Source: Octopus vulgaris
Lineage: Eukaryota
Assembly: GCA_951406725.2 (NCBI GenBank)
Contig: OX597831.1
Coordinates: 49,352,001 to 49,416,000, forward strand
Direction of reading: 5' to 3'
Length of the DNA: 64,000 nucleotides
The position numbers and the translations under genes were made by a program. Position 1 is the first letter of the stretch, and each line of letters starts with the position of its first letter. Below the pieces are notes generated by a model, which was given only the letters and a program-made list of their open reading frames with translations, was not told where the DNA came from and searched no databases. Positions 15,712-29,737 of this stretch are shown piece after piece.

Positions 15712-16676
15712 GTTATGCAGATGATACAAAAGTCTCACAGGTAATACAGAACCCTGAAGACACTATGCACCTGCAATGTAAGCTGGATGAAATATATAAG
15801 TGAGCTGAAAAGAATAGCATACAGTTTAATGCTGAAAAGTTTCAAGCCTTGTGCTATCAGCATGCGGAACTAAATGCAATACCCAATAAATACACTGGAC
15901 CTGGAGGAACTGCAATCCCAGAGGCACAGTCAGTGCGAGACTTGGGTATTTACATGAGTAATGATGCATCCTTTCATGTGCAAGTTGCTAAATTGGCAAT
16001 GAAATGCAGGCGGCTGACCGGGTGGATTCTTAGAACTTTTAGAACAAGGGACCAGGAAACCATGATAGTCCTCTGGAGGACACTTGTCCTAAGCCACTTT
16101 GACTATTGCTCTCAGCTATGGTCACGAACCAGTGTTAATTAATCTAAGAACTTGAGGCAATCCAACGAAGCTACACGAAGAAGATAGCCTCTATGCAGCA
16201 TAGAAGCTATTGGGAAAGACTCAAGAGATTAAGACTCTATTCCTTTGAGCGTAGGCGAGAAAGATATGCCATAATATACATCTGGAAGATCCTGGAAGGA
16301 CTTGTCCCAAACTTTGGCATCGAGAGTTACACAAATACTAGAACTGGGCGCCACTGCATAGTGCCAAGGACTCCAAATTTACCATCAAGATGTAGGAGAA
16401 GATACTGCAACAGCCTGGGCTTCAGAGGTCCACAGCTCTTCAATATCCTCCCGAAGGACCTGAGAGACCTGCATGGGGTGGATGTAGGTATCTTCAAAAT
16501 AAAACTGGACCTCTTCCTGTCCGGAGGTGCAGATGAGGGCAGCTGCATCAAATTCTCTCATGCACCAAATGTCAATTGCTAAAAAGCATTCGTGAAGTAA
16601 AATTATGTAGTAACACCAAATGGCGGTGCCCCAGCATGGCCAAAGCTCGTGAGCTGAAACTAGATAAAATAAAAAA
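15712..16676 (+). mobile_element. 5'-truncated non-LTR retrotransposon (CR1/L2-group LINE): RT C-terminus and 3' tail, inactivated
   Basis: YADDTK at 15714, then QFNAEKFQ, VRDLGI, LSHFDYCSQLW, YWERLKRLRLYSFERRRER, FNILP and FKIKLD, with stops and frameshifts; ends in a stem-loop and A-rich tail. Confidence 0.9.
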
Positions 16677-17074
16677 TTGGCAAAAGTACAAAAATCATTT
16701 ATGTTTTGATTTATGTTTGGGCTGGTCAATCTCATCCTATTCATTTAAGTAAAATATTGTTGGTCGGTATCATGGATGTAGATTTTCCGCTTGAAGGTGA
16801 TGTAGTGGGTGGTGTCCTTAGAAATTCTTGATTATTGTGAATTAACTCAACGATGGAAGGGGGAAAAAAAGGAAAACAATTTTTAGCAACCCGAAAAAGA
16901 AGGGGAGATAATTATTAATAATTAAGCATTAATTCGTTAGTATGATTTTCCTATTAGGGTGAAAATCTTATTTATTGTTGGCAAAGAGACGGACTGCTAC
17001 AAATGGTTCTGTCTTATTTGACGGTATCAAGCCAACTTTGTCAGTTAACAAACTTTCACAAAAGGGGATCCCAC

Positions 17075-17154
<80 letters not shown>

Positions 17155-17793
17155 GCAATTATCCGGATAAACAAATTAGATATATTAAATATAACAGTTT
17201 GGGTATGTATACATGCAAAATTGGAGAAACCAAAAGTGTAAGACTTTCTGACGATGAATATTTAAGTATAAATATACAGATATTTATATTAATAGATTCA
17301 ACTTACACGGAGAAAATTAAAGAGATAATTAAAGGGGAAGATGAAAGGTGTAATAAATCCAATATATGTCTTGGATGTAGTTCCTCGCAATATGCAGCTG
17401 TAATGGAAGCAATCAAGACTGGATAAATCGAGCCTCCGTCAACAGGGAAGAAAGACCGTACATTTCAGATCATAATGAGAGAAGTTCAAAGGTAGAATTA
17501 TATATGTAAATATATCACCGTGATCACCGTGACCGATAAGATGTAGCTACACATTGCTGATCACAATGCGCTTCGTATTGCTTTAACTTTCAAATGACGC
17601 CAACAGAAGATTGAATGAGAGAAAGTTGTGGTGAAAGAGAACAGCAGGTATCACCTGCTGCCCCCTGCCGGAGACTCGTGGAGATTTAAGTGTTTTCACT
17701 TAATAAACACTCACAACGCCCAGTCTGGGAATCGAAACCGCGATCCTACAACCGCGAGTCTGCTGCCCTAACCACTGAGCTATTGCAACTCCA

Positions 17794-17868
<75 letters not shown>

Positions 17869-17869
17869 C

Positions 17870-17900
<31 letters not shown>

Positions 17901-18081
17901 AGTCTGTGTCTGTGTATATGTGAATTTCATCACACACAACATGGACCAAATTTCTTCTTAAGAAAAAATATATATTCAAATAAATTAAACATAATATCAT
18001 GAATAGCGATAGCGAAACCGGTCGATATATTAAAAATTATATTAAAAACATGTAAGTGTGCGTATTTTCCTTTTTTAATTT

Positions 18082-18121
<40 letters not shown>

Positions 18122-18425
18122 CACAATTGCAGCGTGGAAGGTGTTTATAAGCCATTTAAAAACACACAAAAACCGTTAGATTCACTTCAACATTTACATT
18201 TAATTTGTCAAAATGTTTTCGTCGCTTTGAGACCGCAATCTGTTCACAGATAAAATTTCGTGCTGTATCTGAGAAAGTAACAGTTAGTTCATGATATGTA
18301 TGTATGTATGTATGTGTGTGTGTGTATGTATGTATGTATGTATGTATGTATGTGTGCATATAAGTATGTGCGTATGCATATGTGTACATACGTATACATG
18401 CGTATACATGCGTGCATGCCTATAC

Positions 18426-18729
18426 ACCGACCAAAGCCCTGTGAGTGGATTTGGTAGACGGAAACTGAAAGAAGCCCGTCGGGTATACACACACACACAC
18501 ACATATATATATGTTTGCGTGTGTCTTTGTGCCGATGTTTATTCCCTTTAACTCCCTGACGACTGTTGTTGGTGTGTTCATGTCCACATAACATAGCGGT
18601 CTGCCAAATAGACCGATAGAATAGCAGAAAAAAATCCTGGAGTCGATTTGTTCGACTAAAATAATCCCATTCAAATGTGGTGCTCCAGCATGACCGCAGT
18701 CAAACGACTGAAACAAATAAAAGAATAAA
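18426..18729 (+). mobile_element. SINE family A, 5'-truncated
   Basis: ccgaccaaagccctgtgagtggatttggtagacgg... through the tail. Confidence 0.8.
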
Positions 18730-18748
18730 AGAGCCAAAGAACAAAAGA

Positions 18749-18799
<51 letters not shown>

Positions 18800-19618
18800 G
18801 AACAATCTTACTTAGAAATAGATGCGTGCGTTCCGTCATATAATAAATTGATAAATAAAATAAAACATATGCATATATACATACATATATGCATGTTTAT
18901 ATGCATATGTTTTATTTTATTTATTAATTTATTATATATAAATATGTATGTATGTAACGTTCTACTTTAACCCTTCTCCCACCCTATCGCCTTGATGGCA
19001 AATTATCCTCTCTCATCTCTCCTCTTTCACCTGTTCTGTCTTTATTGCTCATTGTCTTTGACTTTGGCCGAGCCTTTCTTCTATTCTTCTTTCTTGTGTT
19101 GTCCTATTCTTTCTCTATTGTATTTTTCATGTTTCCTTATTTTAATCTCAACTATAAGTTTTAATTTCAATTTTAATTTTAATTTTAAGAATTGTTATAT
19201 TCTTCTTTGACTGTTTGCAATTTCTTATTCTTAATATAATCTCTCTTATTCTGTTTAGTTTTTTACGCGTACCAACAGTACATTGTTTCTGTAAGTATTT
19301 TTTATATAATTTTTTCCATTCAACTATTTTTTATACATCTTTCCCGTTACGGCCAACCCGCCCTTAATACTACTTTACACCGTTATTTCAAAATTGGTAT
19401 CCGTAAGCATTATGTATACTCACAGGTTATATAATTTTTTCTAGTACTGTACATTATCACAACTGCCTGTGAAGTTTCTGAAGTTTTTCTCGCTTCAGTA
19501 AAACAATTTGCTGTATTTCTTTGCTATTCATGTACAATTTTTCTCATTTTGTCTTGCATCTAAATACTTCCTCAAGTCTATGTATGTACATATAAGTTCG
19601 ATATATATACGTACATCA

Positions 19619-19708
<90 letters not shown>

Positions 19709-19798
19709 GCATCTATGTATGTATGTATGTATGTATGTATCTACCGATCTATCTATAGATAGATAGATGTATATGTATATATATATATACATACATAT

Positions 19799-19836
<38 letters not shown>

Positions 19837-20075
19837 TACATATAACTACGCACACACACACATACACATATTAATGTATGTGTATATACATATATGCATA
19901 TATATATCCACACAGACATATGTATCGAACTTGCCATGATGCGCATGCGCTTGCTGTCTTAAAGGTCGCAAAACTGGATGTAGAACGAAATATATTTAAA
20001 GAGGCAGTTCAAGATCACGTTGGTTCATTTGGCGAATTCTCAAAATCGCACTGCCTCTTAACTTAACTCAAAACG

Positions 20076-20106
<31 letters not shown>

Positions 20107-20310
20107 CATACATACATACATACATGCATGCATGCATGCATACATGTGCACACATACACATATATGTATATATTTATATGTATTTATATGTGTATACGTA
20201 TTACCTTATATACATATACATATATGTGTATATATTTATATGTATGTATACATGTATATACATACACATATATATGTATACATACATGTATATAGGTGTA
20301 TATATATGTA

Positions 20311-20392
<82 letters not shown>

Positions 20393-20937
20393 TATATATA
20401 TGTAAATATCTTTCCGTGTATGTATCTATGTATGTAAATATGCATGTATGATCTCTGTGGAAAAACGGATACTTTCTGAGAGCGAATATAGACACAACAA
20501 AATCTAAAAGCTGCAACCAATTGCTATCTGACGCTTTATCGTGTCTTGCATTGATCGTCCATTTTGTAAAATGTAGTAATTTTATTTAACAGCTCAACTT
20601 TCCTATTTCTACAGCTGTCTGTTAATCTCAAGCTTTATGTCTAGCTAAGTAACATATATAATCGGAATGGAAAGTAGCAGACATTATTATAATCAAAGTG
20701 AAGTTATGTCTTTTCTAATATGATTTATTTACTATTGTATTCGCAAGAAAGACACATGCTCACATGTGTATTTATTTATTTATTTATTTATTTAATAATT
20801 TATTTATTTATGTATTTATTTATTTATTTATTTATTTTTTCACTTGTGTCTGCGTGTGTGTTCGTTTATATGTCTAAATATACAACTATATGTGTATATT
20901 TATATATACATACGTGCATAGATACATACATACATAT

Positions 20938-20993
<56 letters not shown>

Positions 20994-21186
20994 TATATTT
21001 TTACACACACACAATATATATATACATATGTATACAATAAGTTTTTAGTGCACATGCATATATATATATGTTTATTTTTACAATACGCATATTGTATATA
21101 TACAGATATATATATATATATTTATATATATGTATGTATATATATATATATATGTATGTAAGTACATATATATATATATACGTATG

Positions 21187-21217
<31 letters not shown>

Positions 21218-21252
21218 ATATACATATATATATATATATGTATGTATGTATG

Positions 21253-21283
<31 letters not shown>

Positions 21284-21404
21284 ATATATATATATATATA
21301 TATATAACGGGAAGCTTTATGAAAATAGACAAAAGACGAAGGCAGGTGGAAAACAAACGAACAATTGTATTAGTATGGCGCTCAGGAAATATAAATAAAA
21401 CAAG

Positions 21405-21441
21405 TCTTTAACGTTTCGAGCCTACGCTCTTCAACAGAAAG

Positions 21442-21442
<1 letters not shown>
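21405..21442 (-). ncRNA. Minimal hammerhead ribozyme motif (core A6 mutated)
   Basis: tcttt CTGTTGA a gagc gtag gctc GAAA CG TT aaaga, within a TA-flanked cassette at 21307-21442. Confidence 0.7.
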
Positions 21443-21490
<48 letters not shown>

Positions 21491-21493
21491 TAA

Positions 21494-21690
21494 GGCGCAC
21501 GCCTTAGTGGTTAGGGTGTTGCAGTCATGATTTTAAAATCGTGATTTCGATTCCTAGACCGGGTGATGCGCTGGATTTACCTTGCTCCAGTCCACTCAGC
21601 TGGCAAAAATGAGTAAACCTGTGACGGGCGGCGCCCTGCATAAAGGGTAAATATATACGCCACAGAATCCGGGGAGACTGGCCCTTAAGA
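21494..21690 (+). mobile_element. SINE family C variant
   Basis: ggcgcacgccttagtggttagggtg..tttcgattcct head; an inverted sister copy lies at 22040-22267. Confidence 0.7.
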
Positions 21691-22039
21691 GACTGGCTCT
21701 TAAGGCCAGTTTCACAAATTCACAAACAAAAACATTCACACACACGCTTATGTCCGTACATATGTATGTATACATTATATATATATCTATCCTTTCTACT
21801 ATAAGCACAAAGCCTAAAATTTTAGAGCAGGGGTCTAGTCGATTATATCAACCCCAGTACTCAACTGGTACTTATTTTATCGACACCGAAAGTGGAAGTC
21901 AGCCTCGGTGGAATTTGAACTCAGAACGTAAAGCCGGAAGAAATGCTGCTAAGATGTTTGTCCGTCGAGTTAACAACCAAGTCTTTTCCACTATAGCCAG
22001 CGCGCCATCTTGGTATGAAATATAAAAGTAAATGCACCC

Positions 22040-22267
22040 TTTTAAAGCCTACCAGGCTCGTGGATTCGGTTTCAATGGCATATGTGTCCCTCTGCTGGAC
22101 GAGACGCCAGTCCATCGCAGCGTTACTAATCTTTTGCCAGCTAAGTGGACTGGAGCAACGTGAAATGAAGTGTTTTGCTTAAGAACACAATGCGACGCCC
22201 GGTCCAGGAATCGAAACCACAATCTTACGATCATGACGCTGACACCCTAACCACTAAGCCACGCGCC
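22040..22267 (-). mobile_element. SINE family C variant
   Basis: ggcgcgtggcttagtggttagggtgtcagc..ggtttcgattcctgg head. Confidence 0.78.
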
Positions 22268-22778
22268 TTCTTGTATGAAATATAATAAAATTTATTCTAT
22301 TACCGCGAGAAAAAAAATGATTCTATCATAAAATGGGTTCGGAAGAAAAGGATTGGTCCGATGGTCTTCACAGACTCTCGGTGGCCGAACAGATCGATGT
22401 GGTTGTACTAGATTACTATTCAAATATTTTTACTTATTTCAATTAAAAGTACAGGAGGAAATATAGATGACTTAGAACTGTTAAGATAATCGAAGTAATG
22501 GAATGTGGACGTGGATTGGACAGGTTGAAAGATGTAAAACATGTTTTTAGTATGGCAATTTGGCTAAGCGCTCTTCAATCCACAGAATACCACCACCAAT
22601 GAGAAATAATGGCATAGACAAATAAATGGACCCCAGTACACGACAGGTGCTTTATTTTATCCTGCCTTCGGTAAAATGAGAAGCAAACATAGGCTCAATC
22701 GGATTTGAACTCAGAATGTATAGGGCCATAACTAAACATCTCCAAAATATTTCGTTCAATGCTTGATGATTCTGTTCA

Positions 22779-22971
22779 TTCTTTTACTCTTTTACTTGTT
22801 TCAGTCATTTGACTGCGGCCATACTAGAGCACCGCCTTTAGTCGAGCAAATCGACCCCAGGACTTTGTAAGCCTAGTACTTATTCTATCGGTCTATTTTG
22901 CCGAACCACTAAGTTACGGGACGTAAACACACCAGCATCGGTTGTCAAGCGATGTTGGGGGGACAAACACA

Positions 22972-23027
<56 letters not shown>

Positions 23028-23196
23028 TATACACGACGGGCTTCTTTCAGTTTCCGTCTACCAAATCCACTCACAAGGCTTTGGTGGTCCCGAGGCTATA
23101 GTAGAAGACACTTGCCCAAGCTGTCACGCAGTGAGACTGAACCCGGAACCATGTGGTTGGTAAGCAAGCTACTTATCACACAGACACTCCTGCGCC
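22779..23196 (-). mobile_element. SINE family A, full length
   Basis: Head ggcgcaggagtg..tggttccgggttcagtc, CORE-like cttgggcaagtgtctt, internal (TG)n, tail (gtaaaaga)n. Confidence 0.88.
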
Positions 23197-24273
23197 TCCA
23201 ACATCATTCAACCTTTCAACGAAAGCTTGCTGTCATTTACAGGCTATCGATTTTCATCAAATCTCCACTTTCATAAAGTTATGGCAATTTGTTCCAAAAT
23301 GAAGATCTGTTGCTGTCTCGCCTCAGGCCAACATACCTAAAATGAAATGCTTTCCAACCATAAGCAAACTTTTTTTAAAATCTCAGGCCTACACTATCCA
23401 ATACGTCGACATTTTAAGGTAATAATATTAGATTTTAGTGAGATAGTTCTACTGTTACAGGCTAAGGAAGCACATGAAAACTTGGTTTCTGAGTTTCATG
23501 AGTTTTGATGCCCACAGGGTCACTTTTTATCGTTGATTCCATCTGGACAGAGATCTGTATTATCTTCCCTGATAACTTTTCTAGAGGAGAAGTTCAACTT
23601 AAAACTGCAATATTATGAATTATTCATAAGATACTCGAATCTTATGAATTATTCATAACTGTAGAGTTAGCATGGTCTACAGCGATGGTCTATTTCTCTC
23701 GGCATTCGGTTCTTCTTGACAAGTAGGTGAACTGAAATATTGATAACAGCCGCATTAATTTGCTTTGTTAGTGTATAGAGCAGCATCGATGCCTTGAGTA
23801 AAAAAGCATTCCTTTTATAACGAGGATATGTCATCAGTGACATGTTCAGTCAGTTTAAAAGAGTGATGGTTATACCTACGTTTCACTCATTCAGATATAG
23901 CCACTTAACTGCTCGTGAAGAGACAGACGAAAAAGAATGATAAGTGAATCATGTAAACTGTGATCATGTAAACTTTATTTTCTTTACGCAAGTTTTTAGC
24001 CTGATATGTAGTTGATTTAATCAAGCCAATATATTACTATTTTGTCAAAGTACCAGAATTTCAATATTTCGAGAAGGTTTCTTTATCAGAAATAAGTAAG
24101 TCTGTAATATAAAAATAGGGTCTATTCTCGAGATCCCTGCTCTCCTTCAGTTTCCACTCATTATATTAGTTATCCGAGGAAGGGCCTTGCCTGACAATGT
24201 TAGAATTATATACTTCCGAAACACAGACATTATCTGCTGGATTTATTTATTCGTAGAACAATCGGTTAAGAGA

Positions 24274-24657
24274 ATGGCAGAAGCGTTAGCACACCGGGCG
24301 AAATGCTTATCGGTATTTCGTCTGCCGCTACGTTCTGAGTTCAAATTCCGCTGAGGTCGACTTGCCTTTCATCCTTTCGGGGTCGATTAAATAAGTACCA
24401 GTTACGCACTGGGTAGATATAATCCACTTAATCCGTTTGCCTGTCCTTGTTTGTCCTCTCTGTGTTTAGCCCCTTGTAGGTAGTAAAGAAATAGGTATTT
24501 CGTCTGTCATTAAGTCCTGAGTTCAAATTCTGCCGAGGTTGACTTTGTCTGTCATCCTTTCGGGGTCGATAAATTAAGTATCAGTTGCATAATGGGGTTG
24601 ATCTAATCGACTGGCTCCTTCCCCCCAAATTTCGGGCAATATGCCCAGAGTAGAAAA
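24274..24657 (+). mobile_element. SINE family B, two nested/tandem copies
   Basis: Two gagttcaaatt..catcctttcggggtcgat units with different tails. Confidence 0.8.
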
Positions 24658-24907
24658 GGATCAGTTAAGAAAATGCTTTAACGAAACTTATTGAATTTTC
24701 TTTAGAATTAAGACTGTTAGAGAAAATAGCTGGGGTACCTCCTTGAAGGATTTTAGTCGAACAAATCGACCCAAGTATTTATTTTTTAAAGTTTAGTACT
24801 TATTCCATCGGTTCTTTTGCCGAACCACTAAGTTATGGGGTTGTAAACAAGCCAGCAGCAGTTGTGAAGCGGAGAAGAGGGGAAACACTAACAGAAAGAT
24901 ATATGAA

Positions 24908-25367
24908 TGGCTGTGTGATAAGAAGCTTGCTTCCCAACCACATAGTTCTGGGTTCAGTCCCACTGCATGGCACCTTTGGAAAGTGTCTTCTACTATAGCG
25001 TCGGGCTGACCAAAACCCTGTGAGTGGATTTGGTAGGCGGAAACTGAAAGAAGCCCGTCGTATACATATATATGTATATATATATATATATATGCGTGTG
25101 TGTGTGTGTATGTGTGTGTATGTGTGTGTATGTATGTATGCATGTATGTATGTATGTATGTATGTACGTATTTGTGTGTCTGTGTTTATCCCTCACCATC
25201 GCTTGACAACGATGTTGGTGTGTTTACGTCCCGTAGTTAGCGGTTCGACAAAAGAACCGATAGAATAAGTACTAGGCTTACAAAGAATAAGTCCCGGTTT
25301 GTTCGACTAAAGGCGGTGCACCAGCATGGGTGCAGTCAAATGACAGAAACAAGTGAAAGAATAAAAG

Positions 25368-25368
<1 letters not shown>
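24908..25368 (+). mobile_element. SINE family A, near full length (with an inverted partial copy at about 24730-24880)
   Basis: tggctgtgtgataag A box and gggttcagtccc B box, body and tail. Confidence 0.85.
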
Positions 25369-25398
<30 letters not shown>

Positions 25399-27475
25399 GT
25401 ATGTATGCATGTATATATGCATGCATTATGTTTGTATGTCTGTATGTATATATATACACATATATATATGTGTATATATACGTATGTGTGTGTGACTGTG
25501 AGTATGTGTGTATGTATATATATATGTGTATGTGTGTGTATGTATATATATATATGTGTGTGTGTGCGTGTGTGTGTGTGTGCATATGTACGACGGACAT
25601 CCACACAGTTTCCGTCTAACAAATTCCTCGCAAGGCAATGGACGGCGGACGCTATAGTAGAAGACACTTATCCAAGGTGCTGCGCAATGGAACTGAACTT
25701 GGAACCACGTGGTTACAAAGCGAGATTCTTAACCACGCAGCAATGCTTGCGCCTATCATTAACTATCTATGAAAGACAGCACGGCGATTGACAAACAGTA
25801 AAAACACCGAACACGCGTCACCGCACTCAACTTTGCTCTTCATATTTTCTGGACCAATAAAATTGCTCATCATAATTTTCGATTTTGTTCTAAATTTTGA
25901 AATCAATATTTTTAACACAGAGTCAGTTGGATAGCAACTTCCTATTACACTTCCTATTACGGCCTGCGTTCTACTCTTGATGGGGATAACTCTGCTTTTT
26001 ATCTGGATCATGAAATAAATATCAGTCGTGTATTGGAGTCGATGGGTTTAATCGGTTCTCTCAGTTCTTAAAATTTGTGGTCCTGCCAGAAATGAATATA
26101 TCATACCAAAGGAGACTCGGTGTTCAGACTGGCTCGCATTATATTTCTTGAAATAATCTATGTTGATTCAGAGACTGGCTTTGAAGTTATTTATCATTGT
26201 GTTAAATACGACCGGTGGTTGTATTTGTTTTACTGGTCCATGAATAAAATATTGCAAGTGAAAAGTGCTAAGTACCACTACCAACTGTTTACATCTAAGA
26301 ATTAACGATAATGTTATGAGTAAACGACCGTAATGTACTGTGATGTTCATATAGTGAGTAACTACTTAAGAAAACTAGAGAGGAAAAAAAAGCTGAGATT
26401 TCACTTGAAAGCAGACAATGTCACGATCATTTAGAATCGATTTCATAGAATCTCTAAGAAGATAGTAAGTTAAAATGTTTACGTTAACTTTTGATAATCT
26501 CAACAGGTTGTTGCGGAGATTTTCTTTTCTATATACTCACAGAAAATGTATGTAGACATTATGACAACACAACCATTTCACATTACGTCGATACAAAATA
26601 AGTGAGAAAGTTTAGGAGACACATTTTGCATTCATTATAACAATATTTATTATTTTATATATCGTATGTCATATAGAATATATTATCTATCATACATGAT
26701 ATAACAAAAATGTTTTATATCAAAATGATTTCTAAAGTTAGCATAGTTTCGTCATCTCCTTTATCTAATTCTCTGTTTTATGTGTCTATGCATTGCAAAT
26801 TAGGCGTCAAACTACCAGCCGAAGTGTTGGTGATTCTTAGTTTGTTGTCATCATTAAAATATCTTCCTAGCTAAAATACTTAAACATCAATTGCTGTGTT
26901 CACCTATCTCTAAATAAGGAGTGCAGATGATATAATTCACCAAATACCAGAGACAGTATCGTTCATTTAATGAGTGAATGTTTTGTGAGTTTGCTGTGGA
27001 AACTACACTGCAACCAGTGAGTAAAGCTGAAGACAATTTTCAGGTGACCTATTCTGGAAAAATATTCAACCAATCAGCTTAACTTTAAATAAATCCCAGA
27101 TAGGAACCTGCCCCTATGAAGCAAATGAAAAAAGAAAAAAAAACGTACTAGTTTTTAGCTATGGATTTATTAAATGAATCAACTAGCTAACACTGAGAGC
27201 AACCAATAAGTGAGTAAATTAATCAGTTCATTCAATAAATGAATAAATAAATGAATTAATAAATAGATAAATAAATCAAGCAATAAATCGATCAATCAGT
27301 TTATCTTTTCCTCAGGCTCAGGCGTTGCTATGTGATAAAAAAAATTTCCTAACAGCAACGAGGTTTTTTTTTTACAATCTCATTCCACTGCAACTTAGGC
27401 AAGTGTCCAACATTAGTCGAACAGACTAATGCCTTGTGAGTATATTTGGTACATAAACTTAGCGGAAGTTCGTAG

Positions 27476-27559
<84 letters not shown>

Positions 27560-27786
27560 AAACACACACACACACAGACACAGACACAGACACACACACA
27601 CGTATATATATATGTATGATAAATGAAAGACGAGAATTTATTGTTAATCACAAGAATCGTTTCGATACATCTAGCATCGATCCCTCACGGGTGGGACACT
27701 AAACAACTGGTTCAGGAGCATCCGGCGGTGTAGATGTGTTTTCAAGGGGTGGTGGGGTGATAAATAGATAAAAGCTTTGATATATA

Positions 27787-29061
27787 TCAGGTCATCACAT
27801 TAGTTCTGTCTGATTTTACCTTTTTTAAAACTGAATGAAATTTAATAGTATTTTAGAATGTCTAATGGAATTAAAAATTATTCTTATGCATTTGTGTGCA
27901 TTTCAACTAATTAAATATTATTTTACAGAATAATAGAATTAAAATTTCTTTGATTAAAACCCTTTCTAACATGAAAGTATCCAAAGAGCATTTGAGGCAC
28001 ATAATGCTTTATGAGTACAGAAAAGGAAACTCTGCAGCCGAAGCGAGTCGAAACATACATTCAGTTTATGGGAAAGAATGTTTGAATTAAAGAACTTGCA
28101 GAAGATAATTTGCAAAATTCAGAAGTGGAGATTTCAGCCTTGAAGATGAAGATCGAACAGGACGTCCAGTTGAGTTTGATGATAATCTCCTTGAGGCATT
28201 ACTTAAAGAAAATCCTGCATTATCAATTGAAGAATTGGCAATAAAGCTTAGTTCAAACCATACAACTGTTCATCGTCATCTTCAACAACTTGGAAAGGTT
28301 CCTAAACTTGGAAAATGGATTCCTCATGAATTGTCCGAAAGCAACTGCAAATCCCGAGTTGACATCTGCCCTTCTCTCCATTCTCGCAAACTCATTTCAC
28401 CCTTTTAGGAAAGACTTGTGACTGGTGACGAAAGATGGATCTTCTATCGAAATGTTAAATGACATAAGCAGTGGCTGAGTAAAAGGGAAAAAAGCTCAAC
28501 CACAACCGAGAAGGGAACTTCATGGGAAAAAGGTTCTTCTCTCTATCTGGTGGGATTGCAAAGGAGTAATTCACTTTGAATTGTTGCCACTTAATGCAAC
28601 AATCAATGCTCAAGTCTACTGTCAGCAATTAGAGCGTTTGAACCAAGCTTTGAAGAAAAAAAAGGTCCGCATAAGTGAATAGAAAAGGAGTGATGTTTCA
28701 TCAGGACAATGCGCGACCCCACACTGCAAAGATCACATCACAGAAGATCGAAGAGCTTGGTTGGGAAAAAATTCCTCATCCACCTTATTCTCCCGACCTT
28801 GCTCCTTCAGATTACCATTTGTTTCGTAGTTTACAGAATCATTTGGGGGACATAACTTTCGCAAGCCAGGAGGAGGTCAAAACTGACATTTCAGAGTTCT
28901 TCGCTTTGAAACCAAAAGGGTTTTACATTGATGGGATGAAAAATCTTGTAAATAGATGGAAGGAAGTCATAGATAATCAGGGAAAGTACATTGATGATTA
29001 AATTTCAATTAAATATTACATTTGATCACGTGTTTATTCAAAATATAGAACTTATGGGATG

Positions 29062-29067
<6 letters not shown>
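27787..29067 (+). mobile_element. Full-length mariner (DD34D) DNA transposon, about 1.28 kb, with inactivated transposase
   Basis: Imperfect TIRs tcaggtcatcacattagttct / agaacttatgggatgacctta flanked by TA. Transposase from ATG 27971 to TAA 29001 has WIPHEL, TGDERW, HQDNARPH and YSPDLAPSD, with 34 residues between the second and third Asp. Confidence 0.95.
27971..29001 (+). pseudogene. mariner transposase pseudogene
   Basis: MKVSKEHLRHIMLYEYRKG... with several in-frame stops and frameshifts in A-runs; only the C-terminal 108 aa remain open (28675-29001). Confidence 0.9.
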
Positions 29068-29124
<57 letters not shown>

Positions 29125-29346
29125 AAATGAAGAAAATGCTGACAAAATAATTTAAGTAATTTAAGTAATTTAATTAGGTGAAGTTCTTTTTACCGGTTGC
29201 GCATTTGTTATGCTTATCAAAAGATTAGGCTTCCAAGCATAACAAATGCGCAACCGGTAAATTACTTAAATTATTTTGTCAGCATTTTCTTCATTTCCTT
29301 TTTTATATATCACAACTCGTGTTCCACATCTCCTTTTTTAAATATA

Positions 29347-29397
<51 letters not shown>

Positions 29398-29400
<3 letters not shown>

Positions 29401-29737
29401 TAGATAAATGGTACAACAAGGCACCGATATTTACTGGAAAATAGCAATCGATATAAATACGACACTATTGAATAGCTTCACTGCGTATATACAAGCAAAG
29501 ACGTGTGTGTGCAACAAACATGAAAAAAATTTGTCTTACCTCTAGGAAGAACATTCGATAAATGGACAACCTAGAATCGGATAATGCAGGACCGGTTTCT
29601 AACTCTTCAAATACATTTGACAACGTAAATTTGATTAGTCTTCATCAGCTGCATTTACCTAGACAAATTTTGAAATGTTGCCACATCAATGCCAGTACAC
29701 TCGTCTGAACGCCAAAACGTTAACAGAACGAGAACAG
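29398..29737 (-). mobile_element. TA-anchored hammerhead cassette, copy 1
   Basis: About 340 bp highly similar to 33313-33650 in the same orientation; starts directly at a (TA)n tract. Confidence 0.85.
29583..29655 (-). ncRNA. Minimal type-I hammerhead ribozyme motif
   Basis: aatgcag CTGATGA [stem II] GAAA CCGG TC ctgcatt: 7-bp stem I, intact core, palindromic stem III. Confidence 0.85.

Noticed and set aside
18005-18260. GAAACCGGTC at about 18014 and an adjacent TA-flanked cassette (related decayed inverted repeat at 50258-50380)
   Set aside because: Could not place a CUGANGA box with paired stems, so not counted as ribozymes, though they may be decayed PLE ends.
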